From positions 366,773-430,772 of the forward strand of contig JBPOHV010000001.1 of NCBI GenBank assembly GCA_052035175.1: 64,000 nucleotides of DNA, in the 5' to 3' direction. The notes beneath the pieces are model-generated. The model had not been told where the DNA came from. It made no database searches and was given only the letters and a program-made list of their open reading frames with translations. Every line of letters begins with the position of its first letter. Position 1 is the first letter of the stretch. This DNA comes from a candidate division WWE3 bacterium (GTDB lineage Bacteria; Patescibacteriota; WWE3; UBA101185; UBA10185). Positions 43,267 to 53,708 of the stretch are shown here, one piece after another. A program made the translations under genes and the position numbers.

Positions 43267-46200
43267 ATGAACAAACCAAACAATTCAGCCTTAACACATA
43301 TAATCGTCAAAGGTGCTCGCCAGCACAATTTGAAAAATATCGACCTAGAAATTCCAAAAAATAAAATGGTCATATTCACAGGAGTTTCTGGTAGTGGTAA
43401 GTCATCTATGGCAATGGATACTATTTATGCAGAAGGTCAAAGACGTTATGTAGAAAGTTTGAGTTCATACGCACGCCAATTCTTGGGAGTTATGGATAAG
43501 CCCGACGTCGATAGTATCGAAGGTTTATCCCCAGCAATTGCGATCGATCAAAAAACTACTTCAAAAAACCCTCGCTCTACAGTAGGCACTATTACAGAAG
43601 TTTATGATTTCATGCGTTTACTTTATGCAAGAGTGGGGCATCCGCATTGTCCAAATTGCGGACGCGAAGTCCAACGACAGTCGTCTGAAGAAATTGTAAA
43701 TCAAATATTTTCATTAGCTGAAAGTGATACAAATTTTAAATCTGAGCGTGGTTCGCGTTTTATTATTTATTCACCTATAGTTAGAGATCGAAAAGGTGAG
43801 TTTTCTTCGCTTTTTGATAATTTAAAAAAGCAAGGCGTAGTGCGTGCGCGCATTGATGGCAAAGTTTATGAACTCTCTGAGCAACTTACTTTAATTAAAA
43901 CAAATAAACATACTATAGACGCATTTTTATCAAGACATATTATAAGCAAAAAAAGACTGGCAGACGATGAAAAGAATATACGTTCTACTATCTTTCAAAG
44001 TATCGAAACTGCTTTACGCATGAGTAACGGCCTGGCGTTGGTTTCGTTTATCAAAGATAAAGACTTTGATTTTTCTGAAAATCCCAAAGAAGTCGAAGAT
44101 CACTTATTTTCAGAAAACTTTGCTTGTCCATTTTGCAATATATCTTTGCCAGATATAGAACCACGAAGTTTTTCTTTTAATTCTCCTCATGGTGCATGCG
44201 CCGAGTGCGATGGTTTGGGCACAAAGTTGGTTATAGATGAATCCACAGTTTTAAATAAATCTTTAACAATTAAAGAAGGCGCAATATTACCTTGGAATAA
44301 ATTGTTTGAGCACAATTCGTGGACGCAACTTGTTATTGACGCAGTCGCAAAAGAGCACAATATACCTTTGAATATCGAAGTTTCCAAAATGACAAAAGAA
44401 CATATGGATATTGTTTTGTATGGTACTGGTGATGTGAAGCATAAGATCAATTACACAAACAAAGAAGGTGACATGCACAATTTTAATGCTAGATATGAAG
44501 GAGTTATTCCAAATTTATTACGCAGACACAAAGAAACTCAATCTGACTATGTACGAAACGAAATTGAAAAGTATATGGTTTTGTATCCGTGCAGTGTGTG
44601 TAACGGTGACAGACTAAATAAGCATGCGCTTTCTGTAGTTATAGATTCACAAAATATTGCGCAGATCTCGAATTTATCAATAGAACACGCCGTCACTTGG
44701 TTTAATGAAATTACCACAAAGTTTAATTTACGCGAGCAAACTATAGCCGAGCCCATAATGAAAGAAATTAATTACCGTATGAAGTTTTTGCTAGACGTTG
44801 GTCTGGGATATTTAACTTTGAGTAGAGCTTCTAGCCATTTATCTGGTGGAGAAGCTCAACGCATACGGTTAGCTTCGCAAATTGGTTCTGGTTTATCTGG
44901 TGTTTTATATGTTTTAGACGAGCCATCTATTGGACTACATCAAAGAGATCAGGGCAAGCTGATCAAAACTTTGCACCATTTAAGAGATTTGGGAAATACT
45001 GTTTTGGTAGTAGAACACGATGAAGAAACAATGTTACAAAGTGATTATATTTTTGATTTTGGTCCAGGCGCGGGTGAACATGGTGGAAAAGTTATTGCCG
45101 AGGGTACGCCAGCACAACTGATGAAAGATGCAAATTCACTGACTGGAAAGTATTTATCAAGGCGCTTGGTCGTGGGTCAAACTGATGTAATATCAAAGAA
45201 AAAAAGTAAAAAGAAATTTGAATTTGATGATGGTTTTATAGACGCAGAAATTTCTGTAAAAGATGTAAAAGGAAGATCACTATCTATCATTGGGGCTTCA
45301 GGTCGTAACTTAAAAAATATTGATGTAGAGATTCCATTAGGAAAGCTCGTTTGTGTAACAGGTGTATCTGGAAGCGGTAAGTCTACATTGATTATGGATA
45401 CATTACATAGAGCTTTGCGCCAAAGATTTGCTTTAAAAAATGAAGAGCGACCAGAGCCATTTAGAGATATGACAGGGTTGGAACATATCGATAAAGTAAT
45501 CGCAATTGATCAAACGCCAATTGGTCGTACACCAAAATCTAATCCAGCAACTTATACAAAAGTATTTGATTTGATACGCGAGTTATTTGCACAAACTCAA
45601 GACTCTAAAATCCGTGGTTACAAAGCAGGACGATTTAGTTTTAATGTAAAAGGTGGTAGGTGTGAAGCTTGCAGTGGTGAAGGCCAAGTCAAAATTGAAA
45701 TGCAATTTATGCCAGATGTTTATATTAATTGCGAAGTATGTGAAGGCAAAAGATATAACAAAGAAGCTTTGGAAATACATTTTAGAGGCAAAAATATCGC
45801 AGATGTTTTGGATATGACTATTGAAGAGGCATTAGAGTTTTTTGCAAATCATGAAAATATTAGAAGAAAAATACAAGTGTTATACGATGTAGGTTTGAGT
45901 TATATAAGACTTGGTCAACCAGCTCCAACGTTATCTGGAGGAGAAGCTCAAAGAGTTAAGTTAGCTTTAGAGTTGGCAAAAAGATCTTTTGGTTCGACTT
46001 TGTACATTTTGGATGAACCTACTACCGGTCTACATTTTGCTGATCTCGAAAATTTGATAACTATTATGAAAATATTGACTCGTCGCGGTAATACTGTGTT
46101 AGTTATAGAACATAATTTGGATATAATCGCCAATAGCGATTGGATTATCGATCTCGGTCCCGAAGGCGGAGATAAAGGTGGTGAACTAGTTTTTTCAGGT

Positions 46201-46284
46201 GACTTAAAAGCATTGCTAAGTTGTAAATACTCACATACAGCAACAGCCCTACGAGAAATACAACAAAAACCTTTGACGCAATAA
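43267..46284 (+). CDS. uvrA: Excinuclease ABC subunit A
   Basis: Two ABC ATPase modules (GVSGSGKSS and GVSGSGKSTL), zinc-finger Cys clusters (CPNCGRE, CPFCN, CEACSGEG, CEVCEGKRYN), C-terminal SHTATALREI. Start set at ATG 43267. Confidence 0.95.
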   Translation: MNKPNNSALTHIIVKGARQHNLKNIDLEIPKNKMVIFTGVSGSGKSSMAMDTIYAEGQRRYVESLSSYARQFLGVMDKPDVDSIEGLSPAIAIDQKTTSKNPRSTVGTITEVYDFMRLLYARVGHPHCPNCGREVQRQSSEEIVNQIFSLAESDTNFKSERGSRFIIYSPIVRDRKGEFSSLFDNLKKQGVVRARIDGKVYELSEQLTLIKTNKHTIDAFLSRHIISKKRLADDEKNIRSTIFQSIETALRMSNGLALVSFIKDKDFDFSENPKEVEDHLFSENFACPFCNISLPDIEPRSFSFNSPHGACAECDGLGTKLVIDESTVLNKSLTIKEGAILPWNKLFEHNSWTQLVIDAVAKEHNIPLNIEVSKMTKEHMDIVLYGTGDVKHKINYTNKEGDMHNFNARYEGVIPNLLRRHKETQSDYVRNEIEKYMVLYPCSVCNGDRLNKHALSVVIDSQNIAQISNLSIEHAVTWFNEITTKFNLREQTIAEPIMKEINYRMKFLLDVGLGYLTLSRASSHLSGGEAQRIRLASQIGSGLSGVLYVLDEPSIGLHQRDQGKLIKTLHHLRDLGNTVLVVEHDEETMLQSDYIFDFGPGAGEHGGKVIAEGTPAQLMKDANSLTGKYLSRRLVVGQTDVISKKKSKKKFEFDDGFIDAEISVKDVKGRSLSIIGASGRNLKNIDVEIPLGKLVCVTGVSGSGKSTLIMDTLHRALRQRFALKNEERPEPFRDMTGLEHIDKVIAIDQTPIGRTPKSNPATYTKVFDLIRELFAQTQDSKIRGYKAGRFSFNVKGGRCEACSGEGQVKIEMQFMPDVYINCEVCEGKRYNKEALEIHFRGKNIADVLDMTIEEALEFFANHENIRRKIQVLYDVGLSYIRLGQPAPTLSGGEAQRVKLALELAKRSFGSTLYILDEPTTGLHFADLENLITIMKILTRRGNTVLVIEHNLDIIANSDWIIDLGPEGGDKGGELVFSGDLKALLSCKYSHTATALREIQQKPLTQ

Positions 46285-48100
46285 ATAGCGTATTTGATTC
46301 ATTGTCGATGATTTTTGGTATTTTTTGTTGAGTGATTATAAAAGGAATTTCTAGTGGTGTATCATTTGCATCTTTAAATTCGATTTTTGTGGTATCTCGA
46401 TCGAAATACACTTTAATCTTTCTATTTGGTTTCAAAATCGAGACTGTGCTGTTTGCAGTTTGTATATTGTATAAAAATGTACCGCCTTCATTTGTGAGTA
46501 TGTATGCTTTACGACCTTTAAATATCTGATACAAATTCAAGTTTGGTGTGTTGTATATTTTCAGTTTATTATCAAACTTATCTTCTATATTATTTTGTGC
46601 AAATTCGACTTCTACTAGCTTTTTGGCGATAGGTGCATCTTTTTCTGGTGAGTTTATATTAGTATTTCTGTACCCACCAGCAGGAATAGGCCATTGAGAA
46701 TCAATACCTTTTGTTACAAAAGCAAAATGATTTGTATCTAGTTTTGTAAAATAGTCTATCCCAGCGGTTTTTCCCCACGTAGGATCAACAGAAACCCACC
46801 CGTAAGTTGGATCGTAAAACTCGGGCCACGCGTGTAACAAATCGATTCCAGAAAGGTTAATTGATAAAGGTTTATTTTCTATGTCTGTTGTAAATGCATA
46901 TCCGTTTAATTCTCGAGAAGGTATACCCATAGCTCTAGTTATTGCTATAAAGGCGTCGGTAAATTCCATGCATACATTTGGTGAATCTTGTGTAAGCGCA
47001 GTTTTTGCTCCATGGCGTTCTACAGTTTCTCTCGAATTTATTTCAAAGTCATAATCTAGCGTATGTACAACATAGTCATAAGCTTTTTTTGCATTTTGTG
47101 CAACCGACACATTTTCGTCTTTAAGTTGCGCAGCTATTTCTTGAATTTGTTGTGAATCACTTTCCCAAAAGGGTTGGGCGTTTGTATATTTTTTTACTAA
47201 TTCATCAGGTAAATCCGCAAAATTTTTGCTAGCATTCAAATCTATTTGCTTGCTAAATAGCCTAGCAGATCCAAGTGCTTTTACTTCTATAGCTTGGCTC
47301 GGCTTTAGAATATAACGAGCGATATAATTGTTATCTTCGTCAAAATATACAAAGTAAGGTTCTGGAGTAATAGACGCATAGCTTACTTGCTGTACATTTT
47401 TTTTGTCAAAAGGTAGAGCAATCTCAAATGTTTGAGGTATTTTAGCCTGATTTTGTAATTCGTATGTAAGGTTGAAATTTAAATCTTGATGTAAACCAAA
47501 TGCGGCCGTGATGCCTGTATTTTGCACTTTTTCTTTTGAAAATGTATATATGTATACATTACCGTCATCTTTAGTCGTATCAGGAATTGGTGAAATAAAA
47601 ATGTTTGGGCCTATTTCTTTTGGTACAGCGATTGTTATATTGTACCTGCTGGCAGCGGTAGTTATCTCGGCTTTTGGTATATTTATATTCCAAATATTCC
47701 CAACTTTTTTTGCAATGTCTTTAGTTTTATACGTTACCGTAAATCTATTTTGTTTACCTTCGCCAATTATTTGTTTGTTGAGTTGCGCGCTTATGCTTGT
47801 GTTGTCGTCTGTTTTTTCTACATTTGTTTTCATTTGACCTTCCAAGTCGTGGCCGTAGACATCATACACGCTCAATTTTTTTATCAGTAGTGAGTAACTC
47901 GTTGCGACAACATCTTTTTGTAAATTTGTGAGTGTGACGGTTTGATCTACTTGTGTTTCACCGATCGATGTTATGTTATAAGTGAGATCGTATTCTACAA
48001 TAAACTGATTATCTGCTTTTACAACCAAAGCTATAAGGCTTATCATCAAAGCTGTGGGGAGTAAGGCGAATTGCAATAATTTTATAAGTCTTCCAAACAC
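46145..48100 (-). CDS. Large exported transglutaminase-like (Cys-His-Asp) superfamily protein with N- and C-terminal TM anchors
   Basis: CMEFTDAFIAITRAMGIPSRELNGYAF and LLHAWPEFYDPTYGWVSVDPTWG match the transglutaminase core. The 3' end overlaps the uvrA 3' end convergently by 140 bp. Confidence 0.7.
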   Translation of the reverse strand: MFGRLIKLLQFALLPTALMISLIALVVKADNQFIVEYDLTYNITSIGETQVDQTVTLTNLQKDVVATSYSLLIKKLSVYDVYGHDLEGQMKTNVEKTDDNTSISAQLNKQIIGEGKQNRFTVTYKTKDIAKKVGNIWNINIPKAEITTAASRYNITIAVPKEIGPNIFISPIPDTTKDDGNVYIYTFSKEKVQNTGITAAFGLHQDLNFNLTYELQNQAKIPQTFEIALPFDKKNVQQVSYASITPEPYFVYFDEDNNYIARYILKPSQAIEVKALGSARLFSKQIDLNASKNFADLPDELVKKYTNAQPFWESDSQQIQEIAAQLKDENVSVAQNAKKAYDYVVHTLDYDFEINSRETVERHGAKTALTQDSPNVCMEFTDAFIAITRAMGIPSRELNGYAFTTDIENKPLSINLSGIDLLHAWPEFYDPTYGWVSVDPTWGKTAGIDYFTKLDTNHFAFVTKGIDSQWPIPAGGYRNTNINSPEKDAPIAKKLVEVEFAQNNIEDKFDNKLKIYNTPNLNLYQIFKGRKAYILTNEGGTFLYNIQTANSTVSILKPNRKIKVYFDRDTTKIEFKDANDTPLEIPFIITQQKIPKIIDNESNTLFIASKVFVVFLVGLLLYVSIYNLAMLLSHLKKLVHHLYLRLRDRDR

Positions 48101-48121
48101 GTAAGTGTATTATATAACATT

Positions 48122-49510
48122 ATGAAGCTAAAGCTTGCTATAGGATTCGAAAATATAAAAGACCAAATTCCGCATAACCCTGGCGTATATAGATATTATG
48201 ATGCTTCTGATCAAATAATTTATATTGGTAAAGCCAAGAATTTACGTCATAGAGTAGGAAGCTACTTTTCTACTAAGCTTATGTCTGGTAGTAAAACGCA
48301 AGCTTTGGTATCGAATATCGCTAGCATGGACTTCATTATCACAGCTTCTGAGTTTGAAGCCATTATCTTAGAAGCTCAACTTATTCGAGATATCATGCCA
48401 AAATACAATATAACTCTCAAAGACGACAAAACGAATTTATATCTTGTAATTAGGAAAGAAAGTTTTGATATAAGTGGAAAAAAGGTTAATGTTCCAAAAG
48501 TGTTATTGGTACGTAAAACTTTGATTTTGCCAACAGACATTGTGTTTGGCCCATATACAAATTCTGATACTGCCAGACTCATATACAAGTCGACACGCAA
48601 AATCTTTGGTTTCCGTGATTGTAATACACTCAAGTTTAATAGGTACAAAAGACTAAAGCGACCATGTTTATATGGTTATATTGGGATGTGTCTTGCACCA
48701 TGTACAAAAAATGACAACGCATCTTTGCAAACATATACAACATCAATCTCAAAGGTAAAAAAACTACTTTCGTCCGGTGCAAAGCCTATAATCAATTCTT
48801 TGAGATCTGCTATGTTGGCTAGCTCAAAAAACCATGATTATGAAGAGGCAGCACAAATTCGAGATACGTTAAAAAAGCTAGAAAGTATTATTGTTGATTT
48901 TAAAACACCTGATAGATATATTGAAAATCCACATTTGACAGAAGATATTGCAGATAAAGCTTTGTCAGAACTTGTTAGAGTTTTACCAAATTTAGATAAA
49001 TTACCACAGCGTATAGAATGTTATGACATAGCGAATATTTCTGGTAAAGAGGCGGTTGGGGCAATGGTAACAGCAATAAATGGAGTAGTTGATAAACGTG
49101 AGTATAAGAGATTTAGAATAAAACTAAAAAACACTCCAGATGATTTTGCTATGATGCGTGAGGTAATAACGCGTAGACTTAAGCACGAATTAACAGACTC
49201 CAAATTAATTGCATGGGGCAGACCGGATTTGTTAGTAATAGATGGTGGAAAAGGTCAAGTTTCTGCCGCCTTAGAGGTACTAGCAACGTTAAATTATTTT
49301 GTACCTGTTGTAGGATTGGCCAAAAAGTTTGAGACACTGGTATATAAAGATCTTGTAACGAATGAATTTGTCGAGATAAAGGTAGCAGAAGCAAACTATG
49401 GTTTATCTTTGCTTATCAGGTTGCGTGATGAAGCACATAGGTTTGGGCAAGCTTACCACCATAAACTACGCTTAAGAAATATTACTAACAAAAAATTCAA
49501 AAGCACATAA
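48122..49510 (+). CDS. uvrC: Excinuclease ABC subunit C (short form)
   Basis: GIY-YIG module PGVYRYYDASDQIIYIGKAKNLRHRV, UVR domain (EEAAQIRDTLKKLE), RNase H-like endonuclease region. 462 aa, apparently lacking the C-terminal (HhH)2. Confidence 0.8.
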   Translation: MKLKLAIGFENIKDQIPHNPGVYRYYDASDQIIYIGKAKNLRHRVGSYFSTKLMSGSKTQALVSNIASMDFIITASEFEAIILEAQLIRDIMPKYNITLKDDKTNLYLVIRKESFDISGKKVNVPKVLLVRKTLILPTDIVFGPYTNSDTARLIYKSTRKIFGFRDCNTLKFNRYKRLKRPCLYGYIGMCLAPCTKNDNASLQTYTTSISKVKKLLSSGAKPIINSLRSAMLASSKNHDYEEAAQIRDTLKKLESIIVDFKTPDRYIENPHLTEDIADKALSELVRVLPNLDKLPQRIECYDIANISGKEAVGAMVTAINGVVDKREYKRFRIKLKNTPDDFAMMREVITRRLKHELTDSKLIAWGRPDLLVIDGGKGQVSAALEVLATLNYFVPVVGLAKKFETLVYKDLVTNEFVEIKVAEANYGLSLLIRLRDEAHRFGQAYHHKLRLRNITNKKFKST

Positions 49511-49520
49511 ACGAAGTTAA

Positions 49521-49946
49521 ATGTATAATTTACATATGCTCAAGTCGTTCTTAAGATCTGTTTTTTTCACTTACGTGTCGTTTTATGTGGTGAATGGTAT
49601 TTTGAATGTCTTGACTTTGGATATTAGAGAATACATCATTTTTATCTTAGGTTTATCTTTGTTCCATTTGTCAGTTAAATCTGTTTTGAACCTTGTAGGT
49701 TTGCCCTCGGCAGGAATTAGTCTGTTTATTATAAAAGTAGTTTTAGTATTTGTTTTACTTATGTTGTTTGTATCTTTTGTTCCCAATTTTTTCATAAAAG
49801 CATCGACGATATCAGGCATTGTGTTTTTTGGTTATATAGTCCCAGATTTATATATGACTAATATTTGGGCTACTGTAGCAATGTCATTATTGAGCACATC
49901 GCTATTTGGCTTTTTTGACTGGATGTGCCATACTTCAGGCAAATGA
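49521..49946 (+). CDS. hypothetical small membrane protein
   Basis: 141 aa with four hydrophobic segments. No motif recognised. Confidence 0.4.
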   Translation: MYNLHMLKSFLRSVFFTYVSFYVVNGILNVLTLDIREYIIFILGLSLFHLSVKSVLNLVGLPSAGISLFIIKVVLVFVLLMLFVSFVPNFFIKASTISGIVFFGYIVPDLYMTNIWATVAMSLLSTSLFGFFDWMCHTSGK

Positions 49947-50161
49947 TAGGTTTTTTGAAGATATTACAAATAGTTATAGCACTTCTTTTGATAGTACTTG
50001 TGCTTATACAATCAAAAGAAACTGGCTTGAATAAATATGTTGGCAATGCCTTTTCATTTTATTCGGCAAAACGAGGTGTAGAAAAGTTTATATTTATACT
50101 TACGAATGTTTTGGTATTTCTTTTCGCGATTAATTCCCTTTTGATTTTGTATTTTTCATAA
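49943..50161 (+). CDS. secG: Preprotein translocase subunit SecG-like
   Basis: 72 aa, two TM helices, LIQSKETGLNKYVGNAFSFYSAKRG resembles the SecG LLQxGKG...FG core. ATG overlaps the upstream stop. Confidence 0.5.
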   Translation: MIGFLKILQIVIALLLIVLVLIQSKETGLNKYVGNAFSFYSAKRGVEKFIFILTNVLVFLFAINSLLILYFS

Positions 50162-50163
50162 AT

Positions 50164-51420
50164 ATGTCTGACGTAGTTGTATTTGAAGATAAACAACCAC
50201 TGCTTGGTGAGGTTGAAATTGAGGCTTCGGGAATCTCGGCTATAAATATTATCGCTGCTTCACTTTTCTTGGATAGAGAAATTATCTTATCGAACATACC
50301 AAATGTGTCCATTGTTCAGCATGCTTTAGATGTGATTATAGCTTTGGGTGCAAAAGTTGCCTGGATAGACGACAAAAGCTTGTTGATAAACGGTTCAAAT
50401 ATAAATGCAAATTGTCCTTCTGGTGACCCACGTGTAGTTATTTTGCTGTTGCCTGTACTTTTATCAAAATTTGGTAAAGTTGTTTTGCAAAGCGAGGCTT
50501 TGGTTGACTATATTGGTAAGTATGAAGGCATTAAGAATACTCTTGATAAATTTAATGTTTTAATAACTAAAGATGACAATTCGTATGAAGTCAGCTATAC
50601 GCCACTGACCGAGTCACTTTTTGTAATAAAAGAAGAAGATTACTTGGGCACAGTTTTGGCAGCATTATTTTCTTGTCTTAATAAACAAACAGACATCGAA
50701 CTAAATTTTTCTGTAAATGATCCTGAAATTGAGGACTTGATACAATTCTTGACTTCTTGCGGTTACAAGATAGATATGCAATCTACAGCTAACCTGCATA
50801 TAAATGGTTTTGATGATACTTTACTGCAAAAATATAAGTTGGCTAGTGATATCAATTTAATTGTGTTTTTTTCTTTAGCAGCATTAATGTCTGAAGGAAA
50901 CATTTTGATACGAAATGTAGCGCGCAGTTATCTAACATCTTTTTTGAGTTTCTTGACCAAAACTGGTTCATTATTTGATTTGTCAGGAAATAATTTGAAA
51001 GTTTGGGCGGGCACGAAAGTTTTGACTGGCGCAGACATTTATATAGGTAATTATCCTAACTTAATTAAAGACTGGTTACCAATGCTGTTAGTTTATTTAT
51101 CGACTATTGCTGAACCAAGCACTATCCGTATTGATGCAAAAGAAAATTTACACGTTATAGGTAATTTGGACCATTTGGGGATAAATGTTGACGTAGAAGA
51201 ATCAAATGGTGTTAATACTCTTACCTTGTCTGGGCATAGTGCCTTTAAGTCTGGTAAATTTTATGCAGAAGGCGTGCCTGATTGTTTGGCGTTGTTATTG
51301 TATGGTTTGGCTTCTACAGCTAAATTTGAATTTGGAAATCCCAAACTTTTAGAAACTTATTACAAAAATTTATACGAAAAACTTATAATGTTAGGAAGTA
51401 ATCTGATTTATAAATCATGA
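50164..51420 (+). CDS. murA: MurA-like (EPSP-synthase fold) protein; canonical catalytic residues not evident
   Basis: N-terminus LLGEVEIEASGISAINIIAASLFLDREIILSNIPNVSIVQHALDVIIALGAKV aligns with the MurA N-terminus. No counterpart of E. coli K22 (GAKN) or the C115 loop (GGCxIGxRP) could be found by eye. Confidence 0.65.
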   Translation: MSDVVVFEDKQPLLGEVEIEASGISAINIIAASLFLDREIILSNIPNVSIVQHALDVIIALGAKVAWIDDKSLLINGSNINANCPSGDPRVVILLLPVLLSKFGKVVLQSEALVDYIGKYEGIKNTLDKFNVLITKDDNSYEVSYTPLTESLFVIKEEDYLGTVLAALFSCLNKQTDIELNFSVNDPEIEDLIQFLTSCGYKIDMQSTANLHINGFDDTLLQKYKLASDINLIVFFSLAALMSEGNILIRNVARSYLTSFLSFLTKTGSLFDLSGNNLKVWAGTKVLTGADIYIGNYPNLIKDWLPMLLVYLSTIAEPSTIRIDAKENLHVIGNLDHLGINVDVEESNGVNTLTLSGHSAFKSGKFYAEGVPDCLALLLYGLASTAKFEFGNPKLLETYYKNLYEKLIMLGSNLIYKS

Positions 51421-52589
51421 TGCATAATTCTGCCCATTACACTCGCAAATTCTTATTAACACTTAGCAGTTTAGTTATTTTTGGTTTGATCTTTATTTAC
51501 AATTCGACGATTGTATCTTCACAGCAAATATATGGAGTCCCTTATAGATTTGTAATCTTACAATTGTTGTGGACGATTCTAGGTTTGGGTGCTTTTATGA
51601 TTTTTTATAAGTTTGACTATTCAAAATTATCGTCGTTTTCTACTTTTCTTTATATGTTGAGTATAGTGTTTTTGTGTATAACGGCTTTTGTGAGTATGAT
51701 TGGTAATTTACGCAATTCCTGTGATGCTTTTATTCCTTTTGTCCCATGTATAAATGGGGCTTATCGATGGTTTTATATAAATCCTTCGCCTTTGCCAAAA
51801 ATACCATTTGTAGGTGTTTTGGGTTTTCAACCAGTAGAGTTGGCGAAATTAGCTTTGGTTTTGTGTCTTACATTTAGATTAAAAAAAGCTATACATTCAA
51901 AACAACAAGACAAAGATCCATTTTTTGTGTATCTAATATTGACAGGTTTAACAAGCGCTTTGGTTTATCTACAACCAAATATGTCGTCGGCAATACTATT
52001 ATTTGGTATAGGAACAGCTATTTATATTGTGTCACAAGCCCCGCTACAAAAATTGTTTATATTAATACCAGTTTTGACGTTAGTTTTTATACTTTTAGTA
52101 TTTGGCTCTTCTTATCGTAGGCAGCGCTTACTCACTTATACTAACAATGATGCATCAGTTGATAGTGGTTATCATATTAAGCAAATTAAAATAGCTTTGG
52201 GATCAGGTGGATTATTTGGGGTTGGCTTTGGACAATCTCGTCAGAAGTATCAATATGTTCCAGAGATAGCTTCAGATTCTATATTTGCAATCATTGGTGA
52301 GGAACTTGGTCTTATTGGTACGTGTAGTGTTTTATTTGGGTTTCTGTTGCTTTTGTATTTTGGTGTCCTCATAGCAAAGAGTTCTATCGACTATGAAGGT
52401 AAGTTGATAAGCGTTGGAATCTTGTCGTGGATTACATTGCAGTTGTTTATAAATGTTTCTGCGATGCTCGAAATAATTCCATTAACTGGTGTTCCTATAC
52501 CATTTATTTCATATGGCGGTAGTTCTACAGTTTTTATTATGGCGGGTGCTGGGTTGCTTGCTTCTGTCGGGAAGAAAAGCCAGGTATAA
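51417..52589 (+). CDS. ftsW: SEDS-family peptidoglycan polymerase FtsW
   Basis: 10-TM SEDS pattern ending PLTGVPIPFISYGGSST. Position between murA and murG. Confidence 0.85.
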   Translation: MMHNSAHYTRKFLLTLSSLVIFGLIFIYNSTIVSSQQIYGVPYRFVILQLLWTILGLGAFMIFYKFDYSKLSSFSTFLYMLSIVFLCITAFVSMIGNLRNSCDAFIPFVPCINGAYRWFYINPSPLPKIPFVGVLGFQPVELAKLALVLCLTFRLKKAIHSKQQDKDPFFVYLILTGLTSALVYLQPNMSSAILLFGIGTAIYIVSQAPLQKLFILIPVLTLVFILLVFGSSYRRQRLLTYTNNDASVDSGYHIKQIKIALGSGGLFGVGFGQSRQKYQYVPEIASDSIFAIIGEELGLIGTCSVLFGFLLLLYFGVLIAKSSIDYEGKLISVGILSWITLQLFINVSAMLEIIPLTGVPIPFISYGGSSTVFIMAGAGLLASVGKKSQV

Positions 52590-52598
52590 TCTATTTTA

Positions 52599-53708
52599 AT
52601 GAAAATAGTAATAACTGGGGGTCATCATAGTTCTGCGTTACCTGTAATTGAAGAGCTTAAAAATACATTAAAAGTATGTGAATTTTTTTGGATTGGTCAC
52701 AAATATTCTTTGTTACACGATAAAAATCCAACATTAGAGTATATCGAAATTTCTCAACTAAATATTCCTTTTTATGATTTGGCAGTGGGTAAAGTTTATG
52801 GAAAAGCTAAGTTAGTAGCGTTATATAAACAGTTGGTATCTTGCATTAAGGCTTTTATTTTATTAAAAAAAATAGCTCCCGATGTAATCTTGTCATTCGG
52901 TGGATACATCGCTGTACCAGTTGCGTGTGCAGGATGGTTATTGCGTATACCTATAGTTACACACGAACAAACCATGGTAAGTGGCTATGCAAACAGATTA
53001 ATTGCTTTTTTTGCTAGTAAGATTTTATTATCGTTTGAATCTTCTCTACAGTTTTATAAAAAGTCGCCCAAAGTTATAGTTACAGGTTTACCTTTGCGAA
53101 AGGCAATTTTTGAACCTGGTACAAATAATTTAGAACTTAACACAAATTTACCTACAATTTATGTGACAGGTGGTAAGTCTGGTTCACACAAGCTAAACGT
53201 TGCGGTTGGTTTGATACTTCCTGAATTATTGAAAATAGCTAATGTTATACATCAAGTGGGGGATTACTCAGAGACGCGTGACTTTGAAGAAATGACAAGT
53301 ATATATAACACTTTAGTCACGAAAAATTTGCCAAATAACTTGCCTGGTAAATATATAATACGAAAATTTGTTTTGGAAAATGAAATTGGAGAAGTTTTTT
53401 CAAAAAGTAGTTTGGTCGTAAGTAGAGCAGGAGCTCATATTGTAAGTGAATTGCTTACGCTTGGTAAATCGTCGATTCTTGTGCCAATCCCATGGGTTTC
53501 ACACAATGAACAAAATTTAAATGCTCAATTGTTGGTGTCTCATGGTTTAGGAATTATTTACCCAGAAACGCAATTGTCAAACTCTGATCTACTTTTACAA
53601 ACAATCTTGAAGCAACTGCAAACTGTTTCTAATAATCAGAAAGTTATTAATTATGATAGTCCAGCAAAAAAGATTGCCCAAGAGACAATCAAAATATCCA
53701 AGCAATAA
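52599..53708 (+). CDS. murG: Undecaprenyl-PP-MurNAc-pentapeptide GlcNAc transferase MurG
   Basis: MKIVITGGHHSSALPVIEEL..., GT28 N- and C-domains, SRAGAHIVSELLTLGKSSILVP. Confidence 0.85.
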   Translation: MKIVITGGHHSSALPVIEELKNTLKVCEFFWIGHKYSLLHDKNPTLEYIEISQLNIPFYDLAVGKVYGKAKLVALYKQLVSCIKAFILLKKIAPDVILSFGGYIAVPVACAGWLLRIPIVTHEQTMVSGYANRLIAFFASKILLSFESSLQFYKKSPKVIVTGLPLRKAIFEPGTNNLELNTNLPTIYVTGGKSGSHKLNVAVGLILPELLKIANVIHQVGDYSETRDFEEMTSIYNTLVTKNLPNNLPGKYIIRKFVLENEIGEVFSKSSLVVSRAGAHIVSELLTLGKSSILVPIPWVSHNEQNLNAQLLVSHGLGIIYPETQLSNSDLLLQTILKQLQTVSNNQKVINYDSPAKKIAQETIKISKQ

